From the IMG/VR virus record IMGVR_UViG_3300032323_002498: a stretch of DNA of 64,000 nt, one strand, 5' to 3'. The position numbers and the translations under genes are program-made. Of this stretch, positions 26,942 to 36,790 are shown piece by piece. The number at the start of each line of letters is the position of its first letter. Within the stretch, counting starts at the first letter, position 1. The notes under the pieces were generated by a model. The model worked only from the letters and a program-made list of their open reading frames with translations, had not been told where the DNA came from and made no database searches. This DNA is from an uncultured virus (IMG/VR IMGVR_UViG_3300032323_002498) (lineage: Duplodnaviria > Heunggongvirae > Uroviricota > Caudoviricetes).

Positions 26942-28819
26942 ATGGCAAGTACGTTTTCAAATCTCAAGTTTGAATTGATAGGTACCGGGGACCAGGCTGG
27001 GGACTGGGGCAACACAACCAATTCCAACTTCGGCACGGCCGTTGAACAGGCAATTACAGGGATGAGCAACCCTGTTTTTACGTCAGATGACGACCTGACC
27101 ATAACCCTAACTAATACGACTGCCCTGCAGGTTGCTAGGGCACTCGTTTTGGACGTCACATCCGCCGTCAGCTTGACTGCTACCCGATCATTGATAGTGC
27201 CTACGATCCAAAAGCAATACATCGTTGAAAACAACACCTCAGGCGGTCGCAGCATACTTGTGCAGACGGTTGCAGGGTCAGGCATCTTGGTGCCCAACGG
27301 GCGCAAGGCGCATTTATACGTGGATGGCGCTGACGTGGTAGACGCAGTGTCTTATTTCTCGTCGTTGGCACTGGGCTCTGCGCTTCCTGTTACAAGTGGG
27401 GGCACAGGCACAACCACTCCCAGTTTAGTAGGTGGCCTTGGCATAGGTGTCTCAGGCGCTTTCCCGAACCAGACGATCAGTTCTTTTGTGAATTACCAAC
27501 AGAACATTCAGTCCGGAAACTACACGCTGGTGTTAGCGGACGCGGGTAAACAAATTTTTCATCCAGCATCTTCCCCTTTTCAACGTGATTTCACTATTCC
27601 CGCTAACAGCGTCGTGCCTTTTCCAATAGGCACCCAGGTCTTGTTTACTGTGGAAAACGGGGGACGAACAGTGCGCGTAGCCTGTGACGACACACTGGTG
27701 TTTGGGTCAGGAATCACGGGCACTATCCCAGTCCTGCCGAACAACACACTGGCCTGCATAAAGGTCACTGCGACTAAGTGGATGGCAAACTACCTCTACC
27801 AAACAGGCACTCCACCCACATCGTTTGAGTCTATTGCAATCGGGTCTTCTTCTGCGATAGCGTATCCGGTTAGTGCAACCGGTTTTGGAACCCGGTATAC
27901 CGATCCCACAGTTGGTTGGCCAGGAAGCGTACTTGGGGTTACTTTTAGTCCTTCAGGAAGGGACATCGCCCTCGCGCACGGCGGCTCACCTCATCTAACG
28001 GTCTATCCTTTTACGGGGCAACCGCAGCAACCCTATGGGACCAAGTATGCCGATCCTGCAAGTTTACCTGCAATCCAGGGCAACTCAGTTGCTTTTACTC
28101 ATTCTGGCGATGCCATTGCCGTGGTGACTAACGGCACACCTTTTATAGCTGCTTACCCGTGGTCCAGCGCGGGTTTCGGGGCTAGGTATGCTAACCCAGG
28201 CACATTACCTACAGGCGCGGGCAACGGGGTTGCTTTCTCCCCGGCGGATGACTATATCGCCGTTGCGCACTCCACCACACCTTTTATGTCTGTTTACGCG
28301 TGGTCCTTTGCTGGTGGCTTTGGCACTAGGTCTACCAACCCAGCGACCTTGCCTGCGAGTACGGGTCGAGGCATTACTTTTTCGCCGGCAGGTACTGCTA
28401 TTGCTGTCGCACACAACAACACACCTTTTATCTCCGTTTACCCATTTTCTGTCGGCATTTTTGGTACCAGGTTTGCCAATCCTGCGACCCTGCCTACAGG
28501 CAACGCGAACTCAGTTGCTTTCAACCCGGCAGGTAATGCTATTGCGGTAGCCCACGACACTACCCCGTGGATGTCGGTGTACAACTGGTCCGGCGCGGGC
28601 TTTGGCAGTAGATTTAGCAACCCGGGCGTCACACCTACGGGCGTTGGAAACGGGATTGACTTCAACCCTTCAGGGACTCTTATTGCGATTGCCCACGCCG
28701 TTACCCCGTTTGTGTCAATGTATCCGTGGTCCGGCTCAGGCTTTGGCACCAAATTTGCCAACCCAAACCCCTTGCCTTCAAGCACCGGCAACGCTGTCGC
28801 CTTCACTATTAACCCATAA
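26942..28819 (+). CDS. tail fibre 1 with a C-terminal beta-propeller
   Basis: N-terminal anchor LKFELIG.G.Q...WG.TTN.N; about 7 repeats of GNxVAFSPxGxxIAVAHxxTPFxSVYxW. Confidence 0.8.
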   Translation: MASTFSNLKFELIGTGDQAGDWGNTTNSNFGTAVEQAITGMSNPVFTSDDDLTITLTNTTALQVARALVLDVTSAVSLTATRSLIVPTIQKQYIVENNTSGGRSILVQTVAGSGILVPNGRKAHLYVDGADVVDAVSYFSSLALGSALPVTSGGTGTTTPSLVGGLGIGVSGAFPNQTISSFVNYQQNIQSGNYTLVLADAGKQIFHPASSPFQRDFTIPANSVVPFPIGTQVLFTVENGGRTVRVACDDTLVFGSGITGTIPVLPNNTLACIKVTATKWMANYLYQTGTPPTSFESIAIGSSSAIAYPVSATGFGTRYTDPTVGWPGSVLGVTFSPSGRDIALAHGGSPHLTVYPFTGQPQQPYGTKYADPASLPAIQGNSVAFTHSGDAIAVVTNGTPFIAAYPWSSAGFGARYANPGTLPTGAGNGVAFSPADDYIAVAHSTTPFMSVYAWSFAGGFGTRSTNPATLPASTGRGITFSPAGTAIAVAHNNTPFISVYPFSVGIFGTRFANPATLPTGNANSVAFNPAGNAIAVAHDTTPWMSVYNWSGAGFGSRFSNPGVTPTGVGNGIDFNPSGTLIAIAHAVTPFVSMYPWSGSGFGTKFANPNPLPSSTGNAVAFTINP

Positions 28820-28824
28820 AAGCC

Positions 28825-29127
28825 ATGATCTACACACAACTGACCCCAGAATACAAATACGACATGCTTGCAGAGGCAGTTTATGCCCGTGAAGTGGAGT
28901 ATTTTCTTTACGATTTTGACCGCATTAACTTCCAGCACCTTTTGGAAACGCTGGAAGATCAGGATGCCAAAAAAGACATAGAAAAGCGCCTTGACGAAAC
29001 CCTCAAGCAAATGCGCATGGTTAAGGCCGTCATGGGGGCGTTGCATGCACAGATTGACGATCAGCAATCCTATGCAGACGCAGTCGAACGGGTGACTGCC
29101 AAGCGCAAGGCCAAGGAGTCAGAATAA
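28825..29127 (+). CDS. hypothetical fibre-associated protein
   Basis: Coupled ORF directly after fibre 1. Confidence 0.6.
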   Translation: MIYTQLTPEYKYDMLAEAVYAREVEYFLYDFDRINFQHLLETLEDQDAKKDIEKRLDETLKQMRMVKAVMGALHAQIDDQQSYADAVERVTAKRKAKESE

Positions 29128-29585
29128 TGCTTAGATACGTTCAGTCTCAAGGTGGAGTCTTTATCCGCCATATCCATGACGTCGAGCCGACGCAATGGGA
29201 CGAAAATAACTTCTGTTTTGCTCGAAATTTGACGCCAGAAAAGGCGCTTCATTTTGGTGTAACTAAACTTCAGGTCGTCACGTTTCCCTACTTTGACCCC
29301 GCCACGCAGCGGTGTGAAGAGGGTCCAGCTTTTTTAAACAACGGCGTGTGGACACAGCAGTACGTTATCACAGAACTGGAACCCGAAGAGGTGCTGGCCA
29401 AGCGTGAGGCTCAGTCTCAACAAGTCCGGGCAGAAAGAGACAGGCTTCTAGCCTCCTGCGACTGGACGCAGGTTGAGGATGTGCCAGTCGACAAAGCAGC
29501 GTGGGCCGCGTACCGCCAACTTCTCCGCGATGTGCCATCACAGCCCGAATTTCCCTGGGCGGTCATTTGGCCAGTCTCTCCGTGA
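29127..29585 (+). CDS. tail fibre assembly chaperone
   Basis: VRAERDRLL..CDWTQ..D.P...W..YRQ.LRD.P...FP...WP. Confidence 0.85.
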   Translation: MLRYVQSQGGVFIRHIHDVEPTQWDENNFCFARNLTPEKALHFGVTKLQVVTFPYFDPATQRCEEGPAFLNNGVWTQQYVITELEPEEVLAKREAQSQQVRAERDRLLASCDWTQVEDVPVDKAAWAAYRQLLRDVPSQPEFPWAVIWPVSP

Positions 29586-29677
29586 GGCGGCTGTACATGC
29601 ACTGCCCCCACGACTAAAATACGGAAGATAAATAGGCGCAACCCCCGCGAAACACTGCTTTCAAATAAGGAACCATC

Positions 29678-31150
29678 ATGCCAAGCACCTTTTCGAGCCT
29701 CAAGTTCGAGTTAATCGGCAGCGGGGAACAGTCAAATAGTTGGGGCAATACAACCAACACCAACATTGGAACGGCCATTGAACAGGCCATCACTGGCCTG
29801 GGCAATCCTGTGTTTACCAGTGATGCCAACCTGACCATTGACCTCACAGACTTGCTGGGCCCTTCCCTGCAGACGGCGCGAGCCTTGATGCTGAACGTCA
29901 CGTCTACAACCAGCCTGACCGCGACCCGTGCACTGATAGTTCCGACCATTCAAAAGCAGTACATCGTACAAAACAGCACGACCGGTGGCCAAAGCATCAC
30001 CGTGAGAACGTCTGCAGGAACAGGTATCACGGTCCCCAACGGCGCGAAGATGCACCTGTTTGTCAATGGGACGAACGTGATTGATGCGGTGTCGCACTTC
30101 AGCGCTCTCACCCTTGGTGCAGCGCTTCCCGTTACAAGTGGCGGCACAGGGGTTACGACTTCCACAGGGACGGGCAATGCCGTGCTCTCAAACAGCCCAA
30201 CGCTGGTCACACCGGCCCTGGGGACTCCTTCCAGCGGTACTTTGACCAACGCCACAGGCCTGCCCCTGTCGACAGGCGTGACAGGCCTGCTGCCAGTTGC
30301 CAACGGCGGCACGGGAACAGCCACTCCCGCCTTGGTGGCAGGCACAAACGTCACGATCACCGGCACATGGCCCAATCAGACCGTCAACGCGGCCGGGGTA
30401 GGTAACCTTACTGGAGCCGTGACCTCAGTGGGCACAGTCACATCCCTCGGGTCATTCAGCTCTGCCGACTTGGCTGCTGCCCTGACAAACGAGACAGGCA
30501 GTGGGGCTGCGGTCTTTGCAAACAGCCCAACCCTTGTAACGCCAAACCTTGGCACGCCTTCGACCCTTGTTGGCACGAACATCAGCGGCACGGCAGCAAG
30601 CCTGACAGCGGGCACTGTAACGACCAATGCCAACCTCACCGGTGCAATCACTTCAGTTGGCAATGCCACATCCCTCGGGTCGTTTAGTTCTGCCAACCTG
30701 GCTGCAGCTCTCACGGACGAGACGGGCAGCGGGGCCAACGTCTTTGCGAACACTCCCACTCTTGTCACTCCCGTTTTGGGAACCCCCACCAGTGGCAACC
30801 TGGACAACTGCACAGCGGACGGCACAAACAAGGTTGGCTACCGCAATGTTCCGCCGTCCGGTGCTAAGACAACCAGCTACACGCTGGTGGCGTCGGATGT
30901 GGGCAAGTTTGTTGAACTGGGAACTGGAGGCAGTGTGGTTGTCCCTTCAGGAGTGTTTGCTGCAGGCGATGTCATCAGCATCTTCAACAACACCAGCGGC
31001 AGCATCTCTTGCACCTGCTCTGCTGTAACGGATGTCTACAAGGCGGGTACTGACGCTGACATCAGCTCTTTCACCATACAGACAAGGGGCGTGGCCACCG
31101 TCCTGTTCATCACTACCACCCGTGCGGTAGTGTCGGGGAACCTGGCATGA
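29678..31150 (+). CDS. tail fibre 2 (paralogous N-terminus to fibre 1)
   Basis: About 155 N-terminal residues closely match the 26942 gene; Thr/Gly shaft with PTLVTPxLGTP repeats. Confidence 0.8.
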   Translation: MPSTFSSLKFELIGSGEQSNSWGNTTNTNIGTAIEQAITGLGNPVFTSDANLTIDLTDLLGPSLQTARALMLNVTSTTSLTATRALIVPTIQKQYIVQNSTTGGQSITVRTSAGTGITVPNGAKMHLFVNGTNVIDAVSHFSALTLGAALPVTSGGTGVTTSTGTGNAVLSNSPTLVTPALGTPSSGTLTNATGLPLSTGVTGLLPVANGGTGTATPALVAGTNVTITGTWPNQTVNAAGVGNLTGAVTSVGTVTSLGSFSSADLAAALTNETGSGAAVFANSPTLVTPNLGTPSTLVGTNISGTAASLTAGTVTTNANLTGAITSVGNATSLGSFSSANLAAALTDETGSGANVFANTPTLVTPVLGTPTSGNLDNCTADGTNKVGYRNVPPSGAKTTSYTLVASDVGKFVELGTGGSVVVPSGVFAAGDVISIFNNTSGSISCTCSAVTDVYKAGTDADISSFTIQTRGVATVLFITTTRAVVSGNLA

Positions 31151-32514
31151 GCGGAATCCTAAATGTTTTGATTGCCAGTTTTGGGGGAGGCTCAGCGCCT
31201 GTTGGATTTTTCGCGTCCATAACTAATCCCAACGGGGCAGAAGTTTTCAACATTACCCTAGGCATGAAAAGCGATCAATTGAACCTGTCCGCAGGTACCT
31301 CAGCTTCCGGAACGACGCAACTAACTGTTTTACGGTTGGCGCTTGATGGAACAATAACCTGGCAAACTACCCTTGCTGATGGATCAGATTATCCAGTCGG
31401 GGCAAGCGTTGACATTGACTCTGCGGGTAACGTCGTAATCGCCGGCTCAAAATACGACAGCTTTAACACCATTTTCACGGGCTACGTGGTCAAACTCAAC
31501 GACAGCGGCGTCGTTCAATGGCAACGTCGCATAAACGGTAATACGCAGTTTTACGCGGTTGCAATAGATGCATCTGACAATCTCTATTGCGTCGGCATAG
31601 GGAACCTCTTTACCACAGCAACGTCAGACATGTACGTTGCCAAGTTTGATTCCTCTGGGACCATTCAGTATCGAAGAAACATCGGGTCTACCAGTACCTT
31701 TTCTGAAACGGCCTACTCAGTAGCTATCCGTTCCACAAGTGAATTTGTCATGACTGGGATAAACGGTTCTGGGGGATTTAACTTTTTTGACGGGCATGCT
31801 CTCACCTGCTCTCAGTCGACAGGGGAAACAGTAGTGGGCGTGACCCAAAGAGACCCCGAAGGAAACAAAAGACAGGAGGGGATTGCGGTCGTTGCAGGGG
31901 AATCGAGCGGGGTTTTTTACAACGTGGTGCTGGCATATAACTCCTCCTTTATTGGGTCGTCAGTTCTCATAAAATATGCCTCAAATGGAGCAGTTTCATG
32001 GCAGCAGCTGCTTCAGAATGCCAATACCAGCCTGGACCTCATCCTAAATAATGTGTGCATGGATGCCAGTAAAACACACGTCTATGTATGCGGCAGCATG
32101 AGTGTTTCAGGGGCAAGAACTGGCAGCGATGTCCAACTTGCCAAATACGTTGCCTCTACCGGAGCACTTGTATGGCAGAGAAGTTTGTCGTCATCAGTTA
32201 ACAACTTGTATTTGTCGGGCACCCGCATCGCGATGGACTCCTTGGACAATATGTATGTAACTGTGAGGCAGTCTCTCGACGGCGTAACCAGCAGTTTCAT
32301 CTTAAAAATGCCGGGCAGCGGCGCGGGGGTAGGAAACTCTGTTGTTTTAAACGCCAGGACATATACATACAACGCCACGACCAATACCGCAACCTCAGCA
32401 GGCTTGACTGGTTTTTCCTACTCGCCCACAAACAGTTCCAGTTCGCAACCGATACTGACTCCCACAGCTGCAAGCTCAACCGGCACGCTGGTGGTAACTG
32501 AGGAGGCCCTGTAA
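31147..32514 (+). CDS. beta-propeller receptor-binding/tip protein
   Basis: Repeated DSxGNxYxxG...KxxSSGxxxWQR blades; lower GC; coupled to fibre 2. Confidence 0.7.
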   Translation: MSGILNVLIASFGGGSAPVGFFASITNPNGAEVFNITLGMKSDQLNLSAGTSASGTTQLTVLRLALDGTITWQTTLADGSDYPVGASVDIDSAGNVVIAGSKYDSFNTIFTGYVVKLNDSGVVQWQRRINGNTQFYAVAIDASDNLYCVGIGNLFTTATSDMYVAKFDSSGTIQYRRNIGSTSTFSETAYSVAIRSTSEFVMTGINGSGGFNFFDGHALTCSQSTGETVVGVTQRDPEGNKRQEGIAVVAGESSGVFYNVVLAYNSSFIGSSVLIKYASNGAVSWQQLLQNANTSLDLILNNVCMDASKTHVYVCGSMSVSGARTGSDVQLAKYVASTGALVWQRSLSSSVNNLYLSGTRIAMDSLDNMYVTVRQSLDGVTSSFILKMPGSGAGVGNSVVLNARTYTYNATTNTATSAGLTGFSYSPTNSSSSQPILTPTAASSTGTLVVTEEAL

Positions 32515-32566
32515 TGAGCGGAAGCTATTGCAGCAGCGTATGCGACAACCACGACGCCTTCTAATC

Positions 32567-32659
32567 ATGAAAGATTGGGCCGTTAGTTTCATCGCTGCGG
32601 TCCTTGTTGTAGGACTCATCGTCTGGTGTGTCCATGTTGTCATTCCGCTGTTTAGGTGA
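32567..32659 (+). CDS. 30-aa single-TM peptide
   Basis: Own translation MKDWAVSFIAAVLVVGLIVWCVHVVIPLFR. Confidence 0.5.
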   Translation: MKDWAVSFIAAVLVVGLIVWCVHVVIPLFR

Positions 32660-32664
32660 CAGAT

Positions 32665-33111
32665 ATGTTGGCAGAAATTGCAGCAGCAAATGCAGCTTTC
32701 TCGGTGATCAAAGCAGCACTTGCCAACGGCAAGGAGCTATCAGCCTTGGGCTCCAAGGTCTTTGATTACTTTGACAACAAAGCAAAAATCCAAGAAAGCG
32801 TCAACAAGAAAGGCGGCGGCTCCGACCTTGAAGAGTTTATGGCGCTGGAACAACTCCGGCTGCAGGAAGAAGAGCTTCGTGAGCGCATGGTTTACGCCGG
32901 ACGTCCGGGCATGTGGAACGATTGGGTGCAGTTCCAAGCCGCTGCTGCTCGCAAGCGCAGGGAGGCCCAGGAAGCGGCAGAGAAAGCAGCCAGGCTCCGT
33001 AAGGCCAAAATGGAGCAGTTGGTTGAGTACATCGCCGTTGGCATCGCCACGGTAATACTTGCTGCATTGATCGTTTACGGCATCATTTTGTACATGCTGC
33101 ACCTGAGATGA
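32665..33111 (+). CDS. coiled-coil protein with a C-terminal TM helix (lysis region)
   Basis: Hydrophobic C-terminus; first large gene of the lysis cluster. Confidence 0.65.
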   Translation: MLAEIAAANAAFSVIKAALANGKELSALGSKVFDYFDNKAKIQESVNKKGGGSDLEEFMALEQLRLQEEELRERMVYAGRPGMWNDWVQFQAAAARKRREAQEAAEKAARLRKAKMEQLVEYIAVGIATVILAALIVYGIILYMLHLR

Positions 33112-33725
33112 GCGACGAGAAGCTGAACGCCAATTCAACACTCGACAAGGTGCTCGGGTATGTGGACTCGCCGTTCAAGCTGTTTGCTATTCTCGTGATG
33201 GGCGTTGTGGCCTTCTCCGGGTACTTCCTGTGGCAAAACCAAGAGTTCATGCGGGACGCCTACAAGGAGTCCAAGAAGCTGCCGGAGATCAATACCAGCC
33301 GAGCCGATGATGTGGGCTCAATGTTGATGAAAAAGACTGGGGCTACGGTAGTGGCAGTCTTCAAAGTCAACCCATTATTCAACAGTAGAGTGCTGTACCG
33401 GGCCTACACCAAGGACGGCAGAGACAAAAGCATTGAAGACATCGACGTCGGATTGTTCAGCCAAAATCCTTCCAACAATGCGGATGTTGTAAAACTGATG
33501 TCCAACGAGCTTCCTTGCGGGGAGTATCGCTACGCCCAGTCTGAGGTTGGCTTGTGGTACTTGGAGAAGGGCGTGGCGTACACCTGCCGGGTGAGCGTGC
33601 CGCCAGACAGTTTCAGGTTCGTGGGCCAAGTTACTGTAGGCTGGACAGAGCCGCCCAAGGACCTTGACCAAGTAAAATTCATGCTGGAAATCGCCAGCGC
33701 CATGCTAACCAAAAGGGGCAACTGA
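33108..33725 (+). CDS. T4 gpT-like holin (single TM plus periplasmic GAF-like domain)
   Basis: LDKVL...TM...WQNQEFMRDAYKESK, A.VVAVF..NP and FVGQVTVGW resemble T4 holin T as recalled. Confidence 0.6.
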   Translation: MSDEKLNANSTLDKVLGYVDSPFKLFAILVMGVVAFSGYFLWQNQEFMRDAYKESKKLPEINTSRADDVGSMLMKKTGATVVAVFKVNPLFNSRVLYRAYTKDGRDKSIEDIDVGLFSQNPSNNADVVKLMSNELPCGEYRYAQSEVGLWYLEKGVAYTCRVSVPPDSFRFVGQVTVGWTEPPKDLDQVKFMLEIASAMLTKRGN

Positions 33726-34228
33726 TGCTTTCATTACTCTCTACCCTCGGGGGCCTGTTGATTTCGGGTCTACCCAAATTGTTGGAATACTTCCAGAACA
33801 AGGCCGACCAGAAGCACGAGTTGGCCCTGGCCCGTGTTCAGACCGAGCGTGAGTTGCAGCTGGCTGCTGCGGGCTTTGCGGCACAAGCCAAGGTGGAGGA
33901 GATACGCACTGAACAAGTGGCGATGGAGACCGATGCCCGGATGACCGAAGCGGCTCTTGCTCATGACGCCAAGGTGCTTGAGAAGGCTGCTACCTGGGTA
34001 TCCAGCTACGTCGGCACTGTGCGTCCAACGGTGACCTACATCTTCGTGCTGGAGCTGGTGGCGATCAACGCTTTCATGGCTTGGTATCTGTACCAACAGC
34101 CGGGCTTGATCCAGAACATCGATGATGTCATCAAATACTCTGACCTGATCTTCAGCTCTGACGAAATGGCAATGCTGGGCGCTATCATCGGTTTCTGGTT
34201 TGGTAGCCGTGGCTGGAGCAAGAAGTGA
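33725..34228 (+). CDS. 3TM holin-like protein
   Basis: D.KHEL, VRPTVTY and IIGFWFGSR motifs. Confidence 0.75.
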   Translation: MLSLLSTLGGLLISGLPKLLEYFQNKADQKHELALARVQTERELQLAAAGFAAQAKVEEIRTEQVAMETDARMTEAALAHDAKVLEKAATWVSSYVGTVRPTVTYIFVLELVAINAFMAWYLYQQPGLIQNIDDVIKYSDLIFSSDEMAMLGAIIGFWFGSRGWSKK

Positions 34229-34731
34229 AACTGAGCAAAGCCGGGGAAGACTTGATGCACAAGTACGAGGGCTTTCGCTCTCGGCCCTACCTTTGCCCTG
34301 CCCACATCTGGACGATTGGCTACGGCCATGTGCTGTACCAAGAGCAGATCAGACTGCCTGTGGTTCGGGTGGAGGGCAAAACAACGCCCATGATCCGCAA
34401 AGAGATGCCGCTTAAACCGGAGGACAACCGTGTCTGGACGAAAACGGAAATCGATGAACTATTCCGTGCTGATGTCGGAACTTTTGAACGGGGTGTTCTT
34501 CGTCTTGTTCCCGGCGTGGTTGGGCGTCAAGGCTCTTTTGACGCTCTTGTCTCTATTTCCTTTAACTTCGGGCTAGGCAACCTCCAGCGCAGCACCATCC
34601 GCATGCGCGCCAACCGGGGTGACTGGGAAGGCGCAGCCGAGGCCTTCCGTGTCTGGACCAAGGGCGGCGGAAAAGTCCTGCCAGGCCTGGTCAAGCGCAG
34701 GGAAGCAGAGATTGCGCTGTTCCTGAGTTAA
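34225..34731 (+). CDS. endolysin, GH24 lysozyme
   Basis: EG.R..PY.CPA..WTIGYGH, FDALVS..FN.G.G, LPGLVKRR.AE..LF. Confidence 0.95.
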   Translation: MKLSKAGEDLMHKYEGFRSRPYLCPAHIWTIGYGHVLYQEQIRLPVVRVEGKTTPMIRKEMPLKPEDNRVWTKTEIDELFRADVGTFERGVLRLVPGVVGRQGSFDALVSISFNFGLGNLQRSTIRMRANRGDWEGAAEAFRVWTKGGGKVLPGLVKRREAEIALFLS

Positions 34732-34776
34732 GTGCGAAAATACCGCACATCTGATCTACCACACAAGGGGCTTCAC

Positions 34777-34935
34777 ATGAAAAACACGCCAATTTGGGAC
34801 AAGAAGCGTCCAAAAGCGCTGGGCAAGCCCAAGGCTTTGACGCCTGCAAAGAAGGCGTCCGCAAAGGCCGCTGCCAAAAAAGCAGGTCGTCCGTACCCCA
34901 ATTTGGTTGACAACATGCGCGCTGCAAAGGGGTGA
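34777..34935 (+). CDS. small basic protein
   Basis: LTPAKKASAKAAAKKAGRPYPNLVDNM. Confidence 0.7.
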   Translation: MKNTPIWDKKRPKALGKPKALTPAKKASAKAAAKKAGRPYPNLVDNMRAAKG

Positions 34936-34936
34936 T

Positions 34937-36790
34937 ATGCCACTCCTCAGACTGTTTCTCAAACCGGGTGTCGACAAGCAGAACACCGAATACGGCGCTG
35001 AAGGCGGCTGGGTGGACGCTGACTTTGTTCGGTTCCGCTATGGCCTGCCAGAAAAGATAGGCGGCTGGGAATCATTTAACAGCCCACAAATCCACTTTGT
35101 GGGCTCGGTCTCCGAGGTTTTTACCTGGAATGCATTGGACGGAACGCCGTACATGGTTCTCGGGACCAACCGCAAGGTTTACGTTTACTACGGCGGGGAC
35201 TGGGCCGACATCACCCCTATTCGGGCAACGGACGCTGTCACCTTTACCACCACCGACGGCTCAAACATTGTTACGGTTAACGACGCCAGCCACGGTGCCG
35301 TGGTCGGGGACTTTGTAACATTCAACACGGTTACCGGCAATCCTGGCGGCATCACGAACGCCAGCTTGACAAATGAGTTCGAGATTCAGCAAATCTTGAA
35401 CGGCAATCAGTACACGATTTTGTCTCCGACACCTGCCACCTCTAATGCCACTGCCGCTGGCTCGGCCAATGGGGTGTATCAAATCAACGTGGGAAGCGAC
35501 GTCAGCTTCTTTGACTACGGCTGGAATACGGGCGCGTGGAACGCTTTTGCTTGGAACACGCCCCGTCCTCCGACGGTCCTTGGACTTGCCCTGGGCTCCC
35601 GTGTCTGGCAGTTTGACAACTACGGCGAAGACCTGATCATGCAGCTGGTGAACGGGGAGATATTCCAGTGGTCACCGGCCTCGGGCCTCGGAACACGGGC
35701 CACGCGCATTGTCGGCGCGCCGACAAGAAGCACTTTTGCAATCATGTCCACGCCTGACAGGCACTTGGTATGCTTTGGCACGGAGTCCGTGCTCGGTGAT
35801 CCAACCAGCCAAGACCCGATGTTTGTGCGCTTTTCAAGCCAGGAAAACATCGGGGACTTTGTGACCACCGCCACCAACACGGCCGGCGGACAACGGCTCA
35901 CGGACGGCAACGAGATCATCTCTGCACTGCGCTCGCGTGGACAGATTTTGATTTGGACGGACACTGCCTTGCACGGCCAGCAGTACATCGGCCCTCCATA
36001 CACCTTTGGCTTTCAGCAGCTGGGCGCTAACTGCGGCATCATCGGCCCACATGCCTGCGCCGACGTCAACGGCGTGGCGTATTGGATGAGCAAGGACGCG
36101 TTTTTCGTGTTCGACGGTACGGTAAAGAAGCTGCCTTCCTCTGTGCAGGACTACGTGTATGACAACATCAACCTTGGACAGGGCTTTGCCGTCAACGTGG
36201 CAATCAATAATCAGTTCAACGAGGTGACGTGGTTCTATCCGACGGCTGACAGCGATTACGTCAACCGCTCGGTGACGTACAACTACCTGGAAAACGTTTG
36301 GTCCATCGGCACGCTGTCCCGCACAGCATGGCGGGACACGGGCTCTTTCCCACGGCCCTTGGCCACGAAGTACGATCCTTTGGCAACGCAAGCAAGCCTT
36401 ACCCCGATCGTTGGGCTGACGCCTGGCAGGTCTGTTTTGTACAACCAAGAGACTGGGGTCAACGACGATGGTGCGCCCATTGCGGCCTACATCTACTCCG
36501 GCTACTTTGACATTGGCGACGGGGACCAGGTGCTGTTCATGAAGCGGTTTATCCCGGACTTCAAGAACCAGGTCGGTGACCTGACGGTGCGGTTGCTCTT
36601 GCGGCTGTACCCACAGACCAGCGCCACACCAAGCTCTTTGGACCCCTACGTCATCACGCCCACTACAGACAAGGTGGACACGCGCGCGCGAGGCCGTCAG
36701 ATTCAACTGCGCATTGAGAGCACTGAGGTGGACACCAACTGGCGCTTTGGCACGATGCGCGTTGACATTCAACCGGACGGCATTCGATGA
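34937..36790 (+). CDS. tail nozzle / tubular protein B-like (stabilisation protein)
   Basis: KPG..K..T.Y..EG.W...VRFR.G.PEKIGGW, RHLV.FG, Q.G.NCG; C-terminal R.RGRQ...DI.PDG.R. Confidence 0.78.
   Translation: MPLLRLFLKPGVDKQNTEYGAEGGWVDADFVRFRYGLPEKIGGWESFNSPQIHFVGSVSEVFTWNALDGTPYMVLGTNRKVYVYYGGDWADITPIRATDAVTFTTTDGSNIVTVNDASHGAVVGDFVTFNTVTGNPGGITNASLTNEFEIQQILNGNQYTILSPTPATSNATAAGSANGVYQINVGSDVSFFDYGWNTGAWNAFAWNTPRPPTVLGLALGSRVWQFDNYGEDLIMQLVNGEIFQWSPASGLGTRATRIVGAPTRSTFAIMSTPDRHLVCFGTESVLGDPTSQDPMFVRFSSQENIGDFVTTATNTAGGQRLTDGNEIISALRSRGQILIWTDTALHGQQYIGPPYTFGFQQLGANCGIIGPHACADVNGVAYWMSKDAFFVFDGTVKKLPSSVQDYVYDNINLGQGFAVNVAINNQFNEVTWFYPTADSDYVNRSVTYNYLENVWSIGTLSRTAWRDTGSFPRPLATKYDPLATQASLTPIVGLTPGRSVLYNQETGVNDDGAPIAAYIYSGYFDIGDGDQVLFMKRFIPDFKNQVGDLTVRLLLRLYPQTSATPSSLDPYVITPTTDKVDTRARGRQIQLRIESTEVDTNWRFGTMRVDIQPDGIR

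Noticed and set aside
26942..32514. Diversity-generating retroelement or invertase-type tail switching
   Set aside because: No reverse transcriptase, invertase, adenine-specific TR/VR pair or inverted crossover sites seen
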